Source: Chiloscyllium plagiosum (taxonomy: Eukaryota). Taken from it: a stretch of DNA of 64,000 bases. This document shows, in pieces, positions 25,341 through 37,290 of this stretch. The stretch is from positions 1,087,525-1,151,524 of the forward strand of contig NC_057752.1 in NCBI RefSeq assembly GCF_004010195.1, written 5' to 3'. How positions within the stretch are numbered: position 1 is the first letter of the stretch; the number at the start of each line of letters is the position of its first letter. Made by a program: the position numbers and the translations under genes. The notes beneath the pieces were generated by a model. That model saw only the letters and a list, made by a program, of their open reading frames with translations. It was not told the DNA's origin and made no database searches.

Positions 25341-25991
25341 TGGTGAAAAAGATCAAATAAAATTAATCAATTTCTTTTTCTGAGGGGTGTGGTGGTTAGA
25401 TTTCAATTTTCTCCAGGGTCATAGTGTTACCAGTAAGAATAAGGCAACTATTTATTTCAATACAAGAGGTCTAAGAGGGAAGGCAGATGAATTCAGGGCA
25501 TGGTGAGGAATATGGGACTGGGATATCATAGCAATTCCAGAAACATGGCACAGGGATGGACAGGACTGGCAGCTTAATGTTCCAAGATACAAATGCTACA
25601 GGAAGAACAGAGGGGAGGCAAGAGAGGAGGAGGAGTGGTGTTTTTGATAAGTATAGCATTACAGCTGTACTGCGGGAGGATATTCCCAGAAATACATCCA
25701 GTGAAGTTAATTGGGTGGAACTGAGTAATAAGAAAGGGATGATCACCTGATTGGAATTGTATTATAGACCTCCTAATACTTAGTGGGAAGTTGAGAAACA
25801 AATTTGTAAGGAGATCTCAGTTATCTGTAAGAATAATAGGGTGATTAACTTTCCAAACATAGATTGGGACTGCCATAGTGTTAAGGGTTTAGATGAAGAG
25901 GAATTTAAGTGTGTACAGGAACATTTTCTGAGTCAGTGTGTGGATGTACCTACTAGAGGAGGTGCAAAACTTGACCTATTCTTGGGAAAAT

Positions 25992-26343
25992 TACGAGGGG
26001 CAAGGATAGGATATATAGACAAAGTCTTTTCCTTAGGGCCGGGGAGTCCAGAACTAGAGGGCATAGGTTTAGGGGGAGAGGGGAAAGATATAAAAGAGGC
26101 CTAAAGGGCAACGTTTTCACGCAGAGGGTGGTACATGTATGGAATGAGCTGCCAGAGGATGTGGTGGAGGCTGGTACAATTATAACATTTAAGAGGCATC
26201 TGGATGGGTATATGAATAGGAAGGGTTTGGAGGGATATGGGCCGGGTGTTGGCAGGTGGGACTAGATTGGGTTGGGATATCTGGTTGGCATGGACGGGTT
26301 GGACTGAAGGGTCTGTTTCCATGCTGTACATCTCTATGACTCT
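25992..26343 (+). mobile_element. CR1 3' end nested in the CR1 APE region
   Basis: Host ttgggaaat|aaggcagg is interrupted; the insert ends catctctatgactct, and aaat is duplicated. Confidence 0.88.
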
Positions 26344-27082
26344 AAATAAGGCAGGACAGGTGACTGAGGTGTTAGTGAGGGAGCATTTTGAGACCAGCAA
26401 CCTTAACTCTATTAGTTTTAAAATAGTGATGCAAAAGACAAAAAGCTGAAATTCTAAATTGGAAAAAAGACCAATTTGGACAGTATTAGGCAAGAACTTA
26501 CAAAAGCTGATTGGGAGGCAAATGTTTGCAGGTAAAGGGACGGCTGGAAAATGGGAAGCCTTCAGAAATGAGATAACATGAGTCCAGAGACAGTATGCTC
26601 CTGTTAGGGTGAAAGGAAGGCTGCTAGGTGCAGGGAATACTGGATAACTAGAGAAATTGAGGGTTTGGTCAAGAAAAAGAAGGAAGCATATGTCAGGCAT
26701 GGACAGGATAGATCAAGTGAATCCTCAGAAGAGTATAAAGGCAGTAGCAGTACACTTATGAGGGAAATCAGGAGGGCAAAAAAAGGGGACATGAAACAGC
26801 TTTGGTAAATAGAGTTAAGTACAATCCAGAGGGTTTTTACAAATACATTAAGGACAAAAGGGCAACTAGGGAGAGAACAGGCCCCTCAAAGATTAGCAAG
26901 GCGACCTTTGTGTGGAGCCACAGCAGATGGGGGAGGTACTATAAGCGTATTTTGCATCAGTGTTTACTACGGAGAAGAACATGGAAGATATAGAATGGAG
27001 GGAAACAGATGGTGATACCTTGAAAAATGTCCATATTACAGAGGAGGAAGTGCTGGATATCTTGAAATGCACAAAGGTGGAT

Positions 27083-27542
27083 AAGGATGTTGCCATGGTC
27101 GGAGGATTTGAGCTATAGGGAGAGGCCGAATAGGCTGGGGCTGTTTTCCCTGGAGCGTCAGAGGCTGAGGGGTGACCTTATAGGGGTTCATAAAATCATG
27201 AGAGGCATGGATAGGATAAATAGACAAAGTATTTTCCCTGGGGTGGGGGAGTCCAGAACTAGCGGGCATAGATTTAGGGTGAGAGGGGAACAATATGAAA
27301 GAGACCTAAGGGGCAACTTTTTCACGCAGGTACGTGTATGGAATGAGCTGCCAGAGGAAGTGGCGGAGGCTAGTACATTTACAACATTTAAAAAGCATCT
27401 GGATGGGTATGTGAACAGGAGGGTTTGGAGGTATATAGACCAGGTGCTGGCAATTGAGACTAGATTGGGATATCTGGTCGGCATGGACGAGTTGGACCAA
27501 AAGGGTCTGTTTCCGTGCTGTACATCTCTATGACTCTATGAC
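27083..27542 (+). mobile_element. CR1 3' end nested in the CR1 ORF2
   Basis: ORF 27087-27533 (LSYRER..LGLFSLERQRLRGDLI). The (ctctatga)n tail joins host gacctgatcagg; the host DKSPGPD-type motif has lost a few bases. Confidence 0.88.
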
Positions 27543-29558
27543 CTGATCAGGTATACCCAAGAACTCTGTTGAAAACTAGGAAAGTGATTGCTGGGCCCCT
27601 TGCTGAGATATTTGTATCATCGATAGTCATGGGGTGAGGTGCCAGAAGACTGGAGGTTGGCTAATGTGGTACCACAATTTAAGAAATGTAGTGAGGATAA
27701 GCCAGGGGACTATAGACCAGTGAGCCTGACCTCGGTGGTGGGCAAGTTGTTGGAGGGAATGCTGAGGGACAGTATGTACATCTATTTGGAAAGGCAAGGA
27801 CTGATTAGGGATAGTCAATATGGCTTTGTGTGTGGGAAATCATGTCTCACAAACTTGATTGAGTTTTTTGAAGAAGTAACAAAGAGGATTGATGAGGGCA
27901 GAGCAGTAGATGTGATCTATATGGACTTCAGCAAGGCGTTCAACAAGGTTCCCCATGGGAGACTGGTTACTAAGGTTAGATCTCATGGCATACAAGGAGA
28001 AGGTAGACGACAGAGGGTGGTGATAGAGGATTGTTTTTCAGACTGGAGGTCTGTGACCAGTGGAGTGCCGCAAGGATCGGTGCTGGGACCACTAATTTTC
28101 GTCATTTATAATAAATTATTTGGATGTGAACATAGTAAGTTTGCACATGACACCAAAATTGAAGGTGTAGTGGACAGCGAAGGAGGTTACCTCAGATTAC
28201 AACAGGATCTTGGTCAGATGGGCCAATGGGCATATGGAGTTTAATTTAAATAAATGAGAGGTGGTGCATTTTGGGAAAGCAAATCTTAGCAGGACTTATA
28301 CAGCACGTTTTGAGAAAATTTGTACACTTAATGGTAAGGTCCTAGGGAGTGTTGCTGAACAAAGCGACCTTGGAGATATCTGGTCGGCATGGACGAATTG
28401 GACCGAAGGGTCTGTTCCTCTGCTGTACATCTGTGACTCTACTGAGGAAAGGTCACAATCCAGAATAATGGAGGTGATGGGGGTGGGGCTTGGGAATATC
28501 ACCCACCAACTCTCCAGTCAGCAGGAGCCCGGTCTCACTTTCGGAAAGACCTGCTGAATTAAGCACCAGTCATGCACTCAAGTGGGCAGCATGGGTCTTC
28601 CCTGGTATCAATGACCCTGGAGATAGAACCACAACTAACAAGGATTTTAAGATGCAGAGGCCAAATGGCATTAAATAGGTAGGTCAAGTTAGAGCACCAC
28701 AAGGATGAGCTGGTGTGGGCCATAGATGTTTCACACTGGTACAATGGAGGACACGGTTCAGAGATTGGGATTAAGTGTTAGAATAACATACAGAAACCTT
28801 TATTTAAAAATTGCACTGCCTGACAATGGACGTGCTTTGTGCAGAAATTGGGTTCCATTTCCCAAAAATCAATATCTGTCACTTCGGAACAGCACAAAAG
28901 CCAAAATATTGACGTAAAAGTACAACATTGGGGACAGATTGTTTTCTAAGTGCCTATATTCCCACACATTATTCCAACACTGTGGCTCTGTTGCTCTGTG
29001 AATCTCACTGGAAAAGTCATTGGCTGCAAAGACTTCTGAAGTTTCAATTGCTCACAAGACTGGCCAAAGTTCAACAGTAATTTCTTTAAAGTTCAAGGCT
29101 TCACTTTGAAGAAATTACACAGTCTGAAAGAATAACAAATACAAATATCATAAATCTAAGTGGGAAAACGGGGATACCAGTTGACAATGAAAGCCAAACA
29201 AACCCCAAAGTAGTTTGTCTGACACCAGTTCAGCTTGGACAGGTTATAGAGTGCATATTATTCAGAGTTTGCATTGACTCTCAATCCAGGCTGATGCTTC
29301 AATATGGTCCTGAAATGGATGCTGCACTGTTCAAGGTTTGAACAAGGTGGGAAACTGATGTATTAGCTGCCTGTCGAGATGGATATAAATGATCACATGG
29401 CAGGATTTCAGCCCCAGGGAGTTTCATCCAGCGTCCTAGCCAACAGTTACACCCAAAAACCCTCAACCTTATCTTAAAGTAGACTGACTTGTCATTCAAT
29501 TCATTGAGCAAATGTTGCTCTGCATATGACAAGTTCTATGAAGACCAAAGGGTATTTG

Positions 29559-29678
29559 GAAGGGCTTTTACCAGAAACGTCGACCCTCTGGCTCCTCGGA
29601 TACTGCCTGACCTGCTGTGCTTTACCAGCACCACACACAACTCTAATCTCCAGCATTTGCAGTCCTCACTTTCGCCTT
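29559..29678 (+). mobile_element. PLE pseudo-LTR fragment carrying the 3' half of a hammerhead-like motif
   Basis: gaagggcttttaccaGAAACGTCgac...cggatactgcctgacctgctgtgctttaccagcaccac...ccagcatttgcagtc; same family as 61229-61328 (opposite strand). Confidence 0.6.
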
Positions 29679-29702
29679 TATGCAGAGCAACTGCCATATT
29701 TG

Positions 29703-30772
29703 ACAAGGCATGGTTAGGAACATAGTACTGGGATATCAAGCAATACAGAAATGTAGCTTAGGGATGCATTGGACTGGCAGCTTCAATGTTCCAGAATACA
29801 AATGCTACAGGAAGGACAGAAAGGGAGGCAAGAGATAAGGGGGAGCAAAGTTTGCAGATTACACCAAAATTGAAGGTGTAGTGGACAGCAAAGAAGGATA
29901 CCTCAGATTATAACAGGATCTTGATCAGATGGGCCAATGGGCTGAGAAGTGGCAGATGGAGTTTAATTTAGATAAATACAAGGTGCTGCATTTTGGGAAA
30001 ACATATCTTAGCAGGACTTGTACACTTAATGGCAAGGTCCTACGGAGCGTTGCTGAACAAAGAGACCTTGGAGTGCAGGTTCATAGCTCCTTAGAAGTAG
30101 AATCACAGGTAGATAGGATAATGGAGGCGGCATTTGGTATGCTATCCATTATTGGTCAGAGTACTGAGTACAGGAGTTGGAAGGTCATGTTGCGGCTGTA
30201 CTGGACATTGGTTAGGCCACTGTTGGAATATTGCATGCAATTCTAGTCTCCTTCCTATCGGAAAGATGTTGTGAAACTTGAAAGGGTTCAGAAAAGATTT
30301 ACAAGGATATTGCCAGGATTGGAGGATCTGAGCTACAGGGAGAGGCTAAATAGGCCAGGGCTGTTTTCTCTAGAGCGTCAGAGGCTGAGGGGTGACCTTA
30401 TGGAAGTTTATAAAATCATGAGGGGCATGGATAGGATAAATAGACACAGTTGCTTCCCTGGGGTGGGGGTGTCCAGAACTAGAGGGCATAGGTTTAGGGT
30501 GGGAGGAGAAAGATATAAAAGAGACCTAAGGGGCAACTTTTTCATGCAGAGGGTGTGCGTGTATGGAATGAGCTGCTGGAGGAAGTGGTGGAGGCTGGTA
30601 CAATTGCAACAGTTAAGAGGCATCTGGATGGGTATATGAATAGGAAGGGTTTGGAGGGATATGGACCGGGTGCTGGCAGGTGGGACTAGATTGGGTTGGG
30701 ATATCTGGCCAGCATGGACGGGTTGAACTGAAGGGTCTGTTAACGTGCTGTACATCTTTATGACTATGACTC
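29703..30772 (+). mobile_element. CR1 copy with a large internal deletion (APE start joined to the FADD region) and intact 3' end
   Basis: The start resembles 25495-25640, then jumps at about 29847 to aagtttgcagattacaccaaa. ORFs 29929-30246 and 30271-30639; tail tatgactatgactct. Confidence 0.93.
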
Positions 30773-31555
30773 TGAAGTGCGATCATTGTCGCCATATAAT
30801 GTGATTGCATTGTGTGCAGAGCTCAAAAGATGAGAGAGGGTGTACAGCAAGTGGAAATATTCATTTTATTCCCCTCTGATCACACATTCCTATTCTGAAG
30901 AAATCTAACATTAAACATTCTGCAGATAAAAGGAGGTTAAATTCTGGTGATAATCTGCTCAACAAGATCAGCAGCACTATGAAGGGATTAACTCTGTACC
31001 GCCTTTTTTTATGCCCACTCATTAGGATCCCTCGTGCCATGAATCTTGCCCTGACGAAGTAGTTATTGGGTTGGACACGGAGAAGGGAGACTGGACCAGA
31101 GAAAGTAAGATCTCTCGTTTTGCAATTTTTGAGGAGATAAAATCTTTGCACAGTAACAGGTATAACAGTAGATGTACAGGTTTTATTTTTTCTCTGCCTG
31201 CTTCCACACTAAGCTGATCCCAGAAATCTGAAAGAGTTGCAGGCCACGACTGCAAGAGCAGATAACTGTGTGGTCATGTGCTACTTGTGCATAAATAAAT
31301 GCAAACAAAAATTACGATGGCAAAGTGCCAAAAATGATGCTACTTAAGAGGAACAATCAGCAATGGCCCTGTACCGAAAGGGCCATAAAGGCCTCTGTTC
31401 TTAACAGCACTGTTCCCAAATAGTAAACCTAAATAACCCATTGATTGCAGCATTCAAAAATCTTTGGATCAACATCAGTCTTCCTCGAGAATACCCCAGT
31501 CCATTAAATGCAGTCAGCACAATGGGGAAATCTCCACTTAATCAAAAATCAAAAG

Positions 31556-32332
31556 AAATCAGAAACAAAAACAGAAATTACTGGAAAAAATCCTCTGCAG
31601 GTCTGGCAACATCTGTGGAGAAAGAAACAGACTTAACACTTCAAAGGATCACTGGACTCGACACATGAATTCTGTTTCTCTCTCCACAGATGCTGCCAGA
31701 CGTGCAGAGTTTTTTCCAGCAATTTGAAAGTGGAGTCACAGGTAGATAAGATAGTGAAGGCAGCGTTTGGTATGCTTTCCTTTACTGGTCAGAGTACTGA
31801 GTACAGAGTTGGGAGGTCCTGTTGCGGCTGTACAGGACATTGGTTAGGCCACTTTTGGAATATTGTGTGCAATTCCAGTTTTCCTACTATAGGAAGGATG
31901 TTGTGAAACTTGAAAGGGTTCAGAAAAGATTTACAAGAATGTTGCCAGGGTTGGAGGATTTGAGCTATCGGGAGAGGTTGAACAGGCTGGGGCTGTTTTC
32001 CCTGGAGCGTCGGAGGCTGAGGGGTGACCTTATTGAGGTTTATAAATTCATGAAGGGCAGAGAAAGGACAAATAGACAAGGTCTTTTCCCTGGGATGGGG
32101 AAGTCCAGAACTAGAGGGCATAGGTTTAGGGTGAGAGGGGGAAATTACAACATTTAAAAGGCATCTGGATGGGTATATGAATGGGAAGCGTTTAGAGGGA
32201 TATGGGCCAAATGCTGGCAAATGGGACTAGGTTAGGACAGGATATGTAGTCAGCATGGACAGTTGAACCGAAGGGTCTGTTTCTGTGCTGTACATCTCTA
32301 TGACTCTGACTCTATCATTTCTATTTTTGTTT
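31556..32332. mobile_element. Palindromic PLE-derived mini-element whose right arm is interrupted by a CR1
   Basis: aaattactggaaaaaa..tctgcaggtctggcaacatctgtggagaaagaaacaga pairs with tctgtttctctctccacagatgctgccagacgtgcagagttttttccagcaattt. The arm resumes as atttctatttttgttt after the CR1. Confidence 0.7.
31724..32315 (+). mobile_element. CR1 3' fragment (small internal deletion near 32140)
   Basis: ORF 31822-32157 (RLYRTLVRPLLEYCVQF...LRGDLIEVYKF); tail ctctatgactctgactctatc; attt is duplicated at the flanks. Confidence 0.93.
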
Positions 32333-33634
32333 GGGACAATCTTCACAACCATCTTCAGTAAAACTCAAACCACAACTGCCATGCAACAAAGGCAGGCCTC
32401 CCTGCATGCACTGGTGAATCTTACTTCATCGTCACGTGATAACTTTTCACATTCACGTGTAAATCTGGTTTTGTCCTCCCTGGAATCCGCTCTTTGCTGC
32501 TCACTGACTGCACAATACAAGAAAAAGCGATTCAGTCAGTTCTGCTCCAAGGAGAACACGGTTAAAAATCTTATACTTCCTCAGTCGCACTTGGCAGAAA
32601 TCAACTCAACTACCTCCCCGCCACCACTTCACATCAAAGAGTCACTCAACCCAAACCGATTGGGTTTCAGAGTTCTCACCCTTGTTTTTTGATCTCACCC
32701 ACTGCCTCACCCCAACCCATCTTGGTCAGCTCCAGGTCCACCACCTTCCAAGATATCTGTGCTCCTCTACCTCTGAAGCACCTCGGATTTTAATTGCTGC
32801 ACTATTGGTGGCCATGCCTATTACACAAGCTCTGGAATTGGCTCTCTGCACCTCATTTTACTCCTTTAAAGCTGCTTTTTAAAAATCTACCTCACAGTCA
32901 AGCATTGGGTCACCTGCTCTAATGACTACTTCTGTCCTCAGTGCCTAGTTTTGTTTAGAATCGTCCTGTGAAGCGCCTCGGGAAATGTTATTAACTTATG
33001 AATGCTGTCTTGAAAATCACCTTGAAAATTCTCTAGAAGCTTGTACCACTGTTAAAGAAAGATTTTTTTTTTGTTTCCTCCCTATTAACCCAGGTCAGCA
33101 GAGTCAATCCAGGCCAGACTGTGAGGGAGAGGCCCTCCCTTCCTGTAGATCTCAGTGCCATATAGCAGTTACCAAATTAGCTTCCACAAGTTAGTGCCAA
33201 AAGCTGGAAGAGAAATTTGACTCTTGGGGAGTGGGTAACAATGAGGACTCTTCTCACTTACAATTGGTTATTGTCACTTGGGATGAACTGAACCAAGCTG
33301 GTGGAAGTAAAAAGCCATCTACACCAGTTTAGGACGTAAATTGAAAGACATCCAGAGTCAACAATTACAATTTAACACAACAAACCCTGCTTACGCAACT
33401 CATGACACAAAGGAGTCATAAATTAAACAAGATTTGAGCAAGGGCCAAAACTTCAGAGGTGCTCTGCCTGCCACCAGCACCCTTCATAAAATCATGGGAT
33501 TCCTGCTGACACACAGGGGTGTGTGGGGGCGTGGATGGGTTGGGGGGTTAAAAGAGGGGCAGAAAGATTAGCACCCCCAGCCAAATTGGCTCTGATGGCA
33601 GAAGAAAGGTTGTGACAGGAATTAATGGAGAGAA

Positions 33635-34340
33635 AGTGGTGCAATGATAATGTCACTGGGCTAGCAATCTGGAGGCCCAGACATCTGCAGTTTAACAGAC
33701 TGAATTGAATTAGCTTTACTTTCACATACTCAAATAAGTACAGTGAAAGATTTACAAGCCACCACTTATGGTGCTATCTTGGGTACAAGGTACTGAGATA
33801 CAGATTCTTCAGTACAAATTCTTAGGAAAACAATTAAAAGAACAATGCAATTAAAAATCCAGCATTGCAAATCATATGAATAAATTAGAAAAATACTGAA
33901 CTGTTCTTTCAACCCTGTCCACGTGGGCACCTAATCTCCAGTCCACGCCAAACCTAGACTCCAGGCCACACCAGGGATCACCTTGAGATTCCAGAGGTTG
34001 GGAGACTGCTCTGGAATCACCTTGAGACCAGAAGTCCATGTTGTGGCCACGACAGACTGAAAGACTGCCACGCCACACGTGGGTTCAAATCCCACCATGG
34101 CAGATGGTGAAATTTAAATTCAATTAATAAATCTGGAATTGACAGGTGGTCTCAGTTATGTTTGTAAAAAAAAAAAACACTATCTAGTTCATTAATACCT
34201 TTAGAGGAAATCTATTGTCCTTACCTGGTCTGGCCTACATGAGACTCCAGATGCACTGCAATGTGGTTGAATCTTAATGGCCCTCAGCTCAAGTAGGAAT
34301 AGACAACAAAGCTGGTAATACCCACACAAGAATAAAAAAT
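33635..34340 (+). mobile_element. tRNA-derived SINE with an L2-like tail, split by an unrelated ~380-bp insert (about 33700-34077)
   Basis: The A-box part gtggtgcaatgataatgtcactgggctag is separated from the B-box part gggttcaaatcccaccatggcag; body tccttacctggtctggcctacatgagactccag. Confidence 0.65.
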
Positions 34341-34539
34341 TCAGTGATTCCAACGGAGCTCTGGTACAATAGTGTGGCTTATTTTGAATCAGATCAGAAT
34401 CCATTCTCTCTCTCCAATCTTGAAATGAGAAGATTAGACTTCTCTCTCTGGCATTGCCTTTCTCTTCAAGTAAGTTGAATTAGCTACTCACCCGTGACAC
34501 TGCTTGCAGCTTTGTGGTCCTGTTCAGCTGCTGAGACCC

Positions 34540-35330
34540 TATATAGAAGGCCATTCAGCCCATTAACCCTGTTCAATCTTTCAGTATAGTCATGGCTGAT
34601 CTTGGGCGTCAACTCCACGTTCCTAACCATACTCTGTATCCCTCAATTTTCTGAGAAACCAAATTGCTGTCTCTCTCCAGCCTTAAAAATACTCAATGAT
34701 GGAACATCCACAACCCTCTGGAGTTCAGAATTTCAAACAGTCACCACCCTCTGAGTGAGAGATTTTTCATTTCAGTCCAAAATGGTCAACCCTCTTATCA
34801 TTGGGGTCACTGTGCAAAAACTAGTGGTCATTCATTTTTAAAAAAGATAAGCAATATTTATTTCCTCTCTCAGAGGGTCACAAGTGTTTCAAACTTTTAC
34901 TGAAAAAAAGGTGGAAGCAGAATACTTGAATATTTTTAAGACAGAGGCAGATAGATTCTTGATAAGGCAATGGAGGTGAAAGGTTATTGGGATATATGAG
35001 CGTATAGACTGGAGGTTCCAATCAGATCAGTTGTGATCTTATAGCAGAGAAGGCTCAATGGGCTGAATGGCCTACTGCTCCTTTTTGGATGTAAACTATT
35101 GCCCCTAGATTCCTCAGCCGGGGGAAACAACCTCTCAGAATCAACCCTGTCAAGAACCTTCAGAATCTTGTCTATTTAAACGAAACTCCCTCTCATTCTT
35201 CTAAACTCCAGGGAATTTATTCAGCCTCTCATCATTGGATAACCTTCTCATCCCAGGGACAATCTAGTCACCCTTTGCTGAACCGTCTCCAATGCAAGTG
35301 TATCCTTTCTTAAATGTAAAGACTTAAATA
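34540..35330 (-). mobile_element. Old minus-strand CR1 3' fragment with a nested plus-strand CR1 3' fragment (about 34800-35090)
   Basis: Host: ggccattcagcccatt...catggctgatc and KDTLALETVQQRVTRL on the minus strand. The nested piece ends gggctgaatggcctactgctcc. Confidence 0.65.
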
Positions 35331-36444
35331 TGACCTTGCTGGCCACTTGCTTAACCCGTATGTTCTCTTCTGTGTCCTCTTCATAAATTACCTTAAAATG
35401 AAACCGTGTCGAACAAGCCTTATCCCTTTTAAGGCATCTGGACAGATGCACTTGGAGAGGTTGCCTCATTGGACTCACTGGACACAAACTATAGCGAGAA
35501 CCAGCAAAGTAGGTCAGGAAGTACACATAAATCCCTGGTTTGCTCCTTTGGGGAGAAGCCAGATTGACAAGAACCAGTAGGATAGTAGGAAATAACTGGC
35601 TTTTTAAAAAATGTTTAGATTTTTAAAGATTGAAAGTCAATCCATAGGAGACAAGCAAGTTGTTGCAGAGATGAGGGTCAGCCAGAATTTCCCAGAGAGT
35701 TTACCATTCGAATGCTGGAACCTTTCGGAAACAGTGAAGGTAGGCTAAATATGGCCCGGTGTTTTGCAAGGGGTTCCACTTGTGACAGGGCTGCTCCTTT
35801 AACAAGGTTATGTTGTGCTGGGCTTTTTATTTCCAGAGAGGCCGTGAAAGACACAGACTCTGAAAAGTCTAAGTTGAAGGGTTTCAGGGCCAATTTGATT
35901 AAAGCTAACAGATACTGCCTCAGGCAGAAGGCTTTCAAGTTAAAAAAACACTTGTACAATGAAAGGGGAGTGGCCAGTTTCCCAGCTCAGCTTTACTCTA
36001 GTTTGCTCACGTTACATTTGCTTAAAACAACTGGCAAAGCTAGGGTCTAAACTACTTTGAAATGTTTTGAGAGGATCTAGCCTGGTCCATAACACACTGA
36101 AATCTCACTAGTAGGACGGGAGAACTCCATTAGAGGCTTCCCCCCATCACCTTGACTTAGGGCTATGGGGGCACTCAGGGAGATTTATCAAAACTCATTA
36201 TCTTAAAAGTTCATACTGTTCCCATTTCAAAATTTGCATCTAAATGCAGTGGCGTGGTTAGCATGGAGAGGGACAGCCATTTTGGGCAATAATGGCAAAC
36301 AGATTCAATCTCTAACAGGAGCAGAAAGGAGACGACAAAAAGAGCATGTATGCTTAGATATTAAAGGCATCAAGGAGAATGAGAGATAGCAGGAACATGG
36401 CGAAGTTGACTATAGGATTAGCCATGATCATACTGAAGATATAA

Positions 36445-36663
36445 AAAACAGCCACAGAAATTGCTGAAAAAGCTCAGCAGGTTTGGCAGCATCTGTGGAG
36501 AGAAATCAGGAGTTAACATTTTGGGTCCAGTAATCCTTCCTCAGAACTGGACCCAAAACATTACCTCTGATTTTTCTCCACAAATGCTGCCAGACCTACT
36601 GAGCTTTTTCAGCAATTTATATGGCTGTTTTTGACTTCCAGTATCTGCAGTTATGTCGGATTT
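36445..36663. mobile_element. Palindromic PLE-derived mini-element (~87-bp arms, 14-nt loop) with an 11-bp TSD
   Basis: 36444-36531 pairs with 36546-36632. The TSD is tgaagatataa (36434-36444) / tgaagatgtaa (36664-36674). The minus strand has AGTT-CTGAGGA-A-GGATT..ACCC-AAAA-TG-TT-AACT. Confidence 0.8.
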
Positions 36664-36674
36664 TGAAGATGTAA

Positions 36675-37290
36675 GACGACATCTGTTGGACCACAGCTGG
36701 AGTATTGTGTCCAGTTGTGGGCCCCACATTATGGGAAAGATGTGAACGCATTGGAGAGAGAGAGTGCAGAAACAAGTTACAAGAATGTCTCCAGGAATGA
36801 GAAACTTCAATGAGGATAGATTGAAGAGATTGGGACTGTTCTTCTCGGAAAGAACAAGGCTAAGAGGAGATTTGATACAGATTTTCAAAATCATGAGTGG
36901 GATGGATAGAGTAGAGAGGGAGAAGCTGCTCCCCTTTGTAAAAAGAAAAACAAACAAAAGGGCATAGACTTGAAATGCTGTCCAAAAGCAGCAAGTGAGA
37001 TAAACCTTTCACTCAGTGAGTAGTTAGGGCATGGAATACATTGCCTGGAAATGTGGTGGATGCAGCTTCAATTGAAGCATTCAAGAGGGGCATTGGGTAG
37101 TTATTTGGACATAGTGCGAAAGGACTAGAGGGAAAAGCAGGACATTGGTACGAGACAATGATACTCATTTAACAAGCTAGTGCAGACATGGAGAGCCAAA
37201 TGGCCTCCTTCTGCACCATATCAATTCTGAATGGCAGAGCAGGTACAAAAGGCTGAATGACCTACTCCTGCTGCTAGTTTCAATGTGTTT
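36675..37290 (+). mobile_element. CR1 3' fragment(s)
   Basis: ORF 36764-36967 (RLKRLGLFFSERTRLRGDLIQIFKIMSGMDRV), followed by 3' UTR motifs. Confidence 0.85.

Larger units (their letters stand above)
25472..28442 (+). mobile_element. Long CR1 ORF2 copy (APE endonuclease plus RT), degraded, with two nested CR1 3' ends and internal deletions
   Basis: APE motifs (WDWDIIAI.ETW, YRPPN, FPNIDW, PTRGGAKLDL). RT ORF 27639-28244 ([37 protein letters not shown]). Jumps from gaccttggag directly to the 3' UTR near 28375. Confidence 0.95.

Noticed and set aside
21905..28442. Intact, autonomous or domesticated CR1 RT gene
   Set aside because: It has multiple stops, frameshifts, nested insertions and deletions, and no ORF1.
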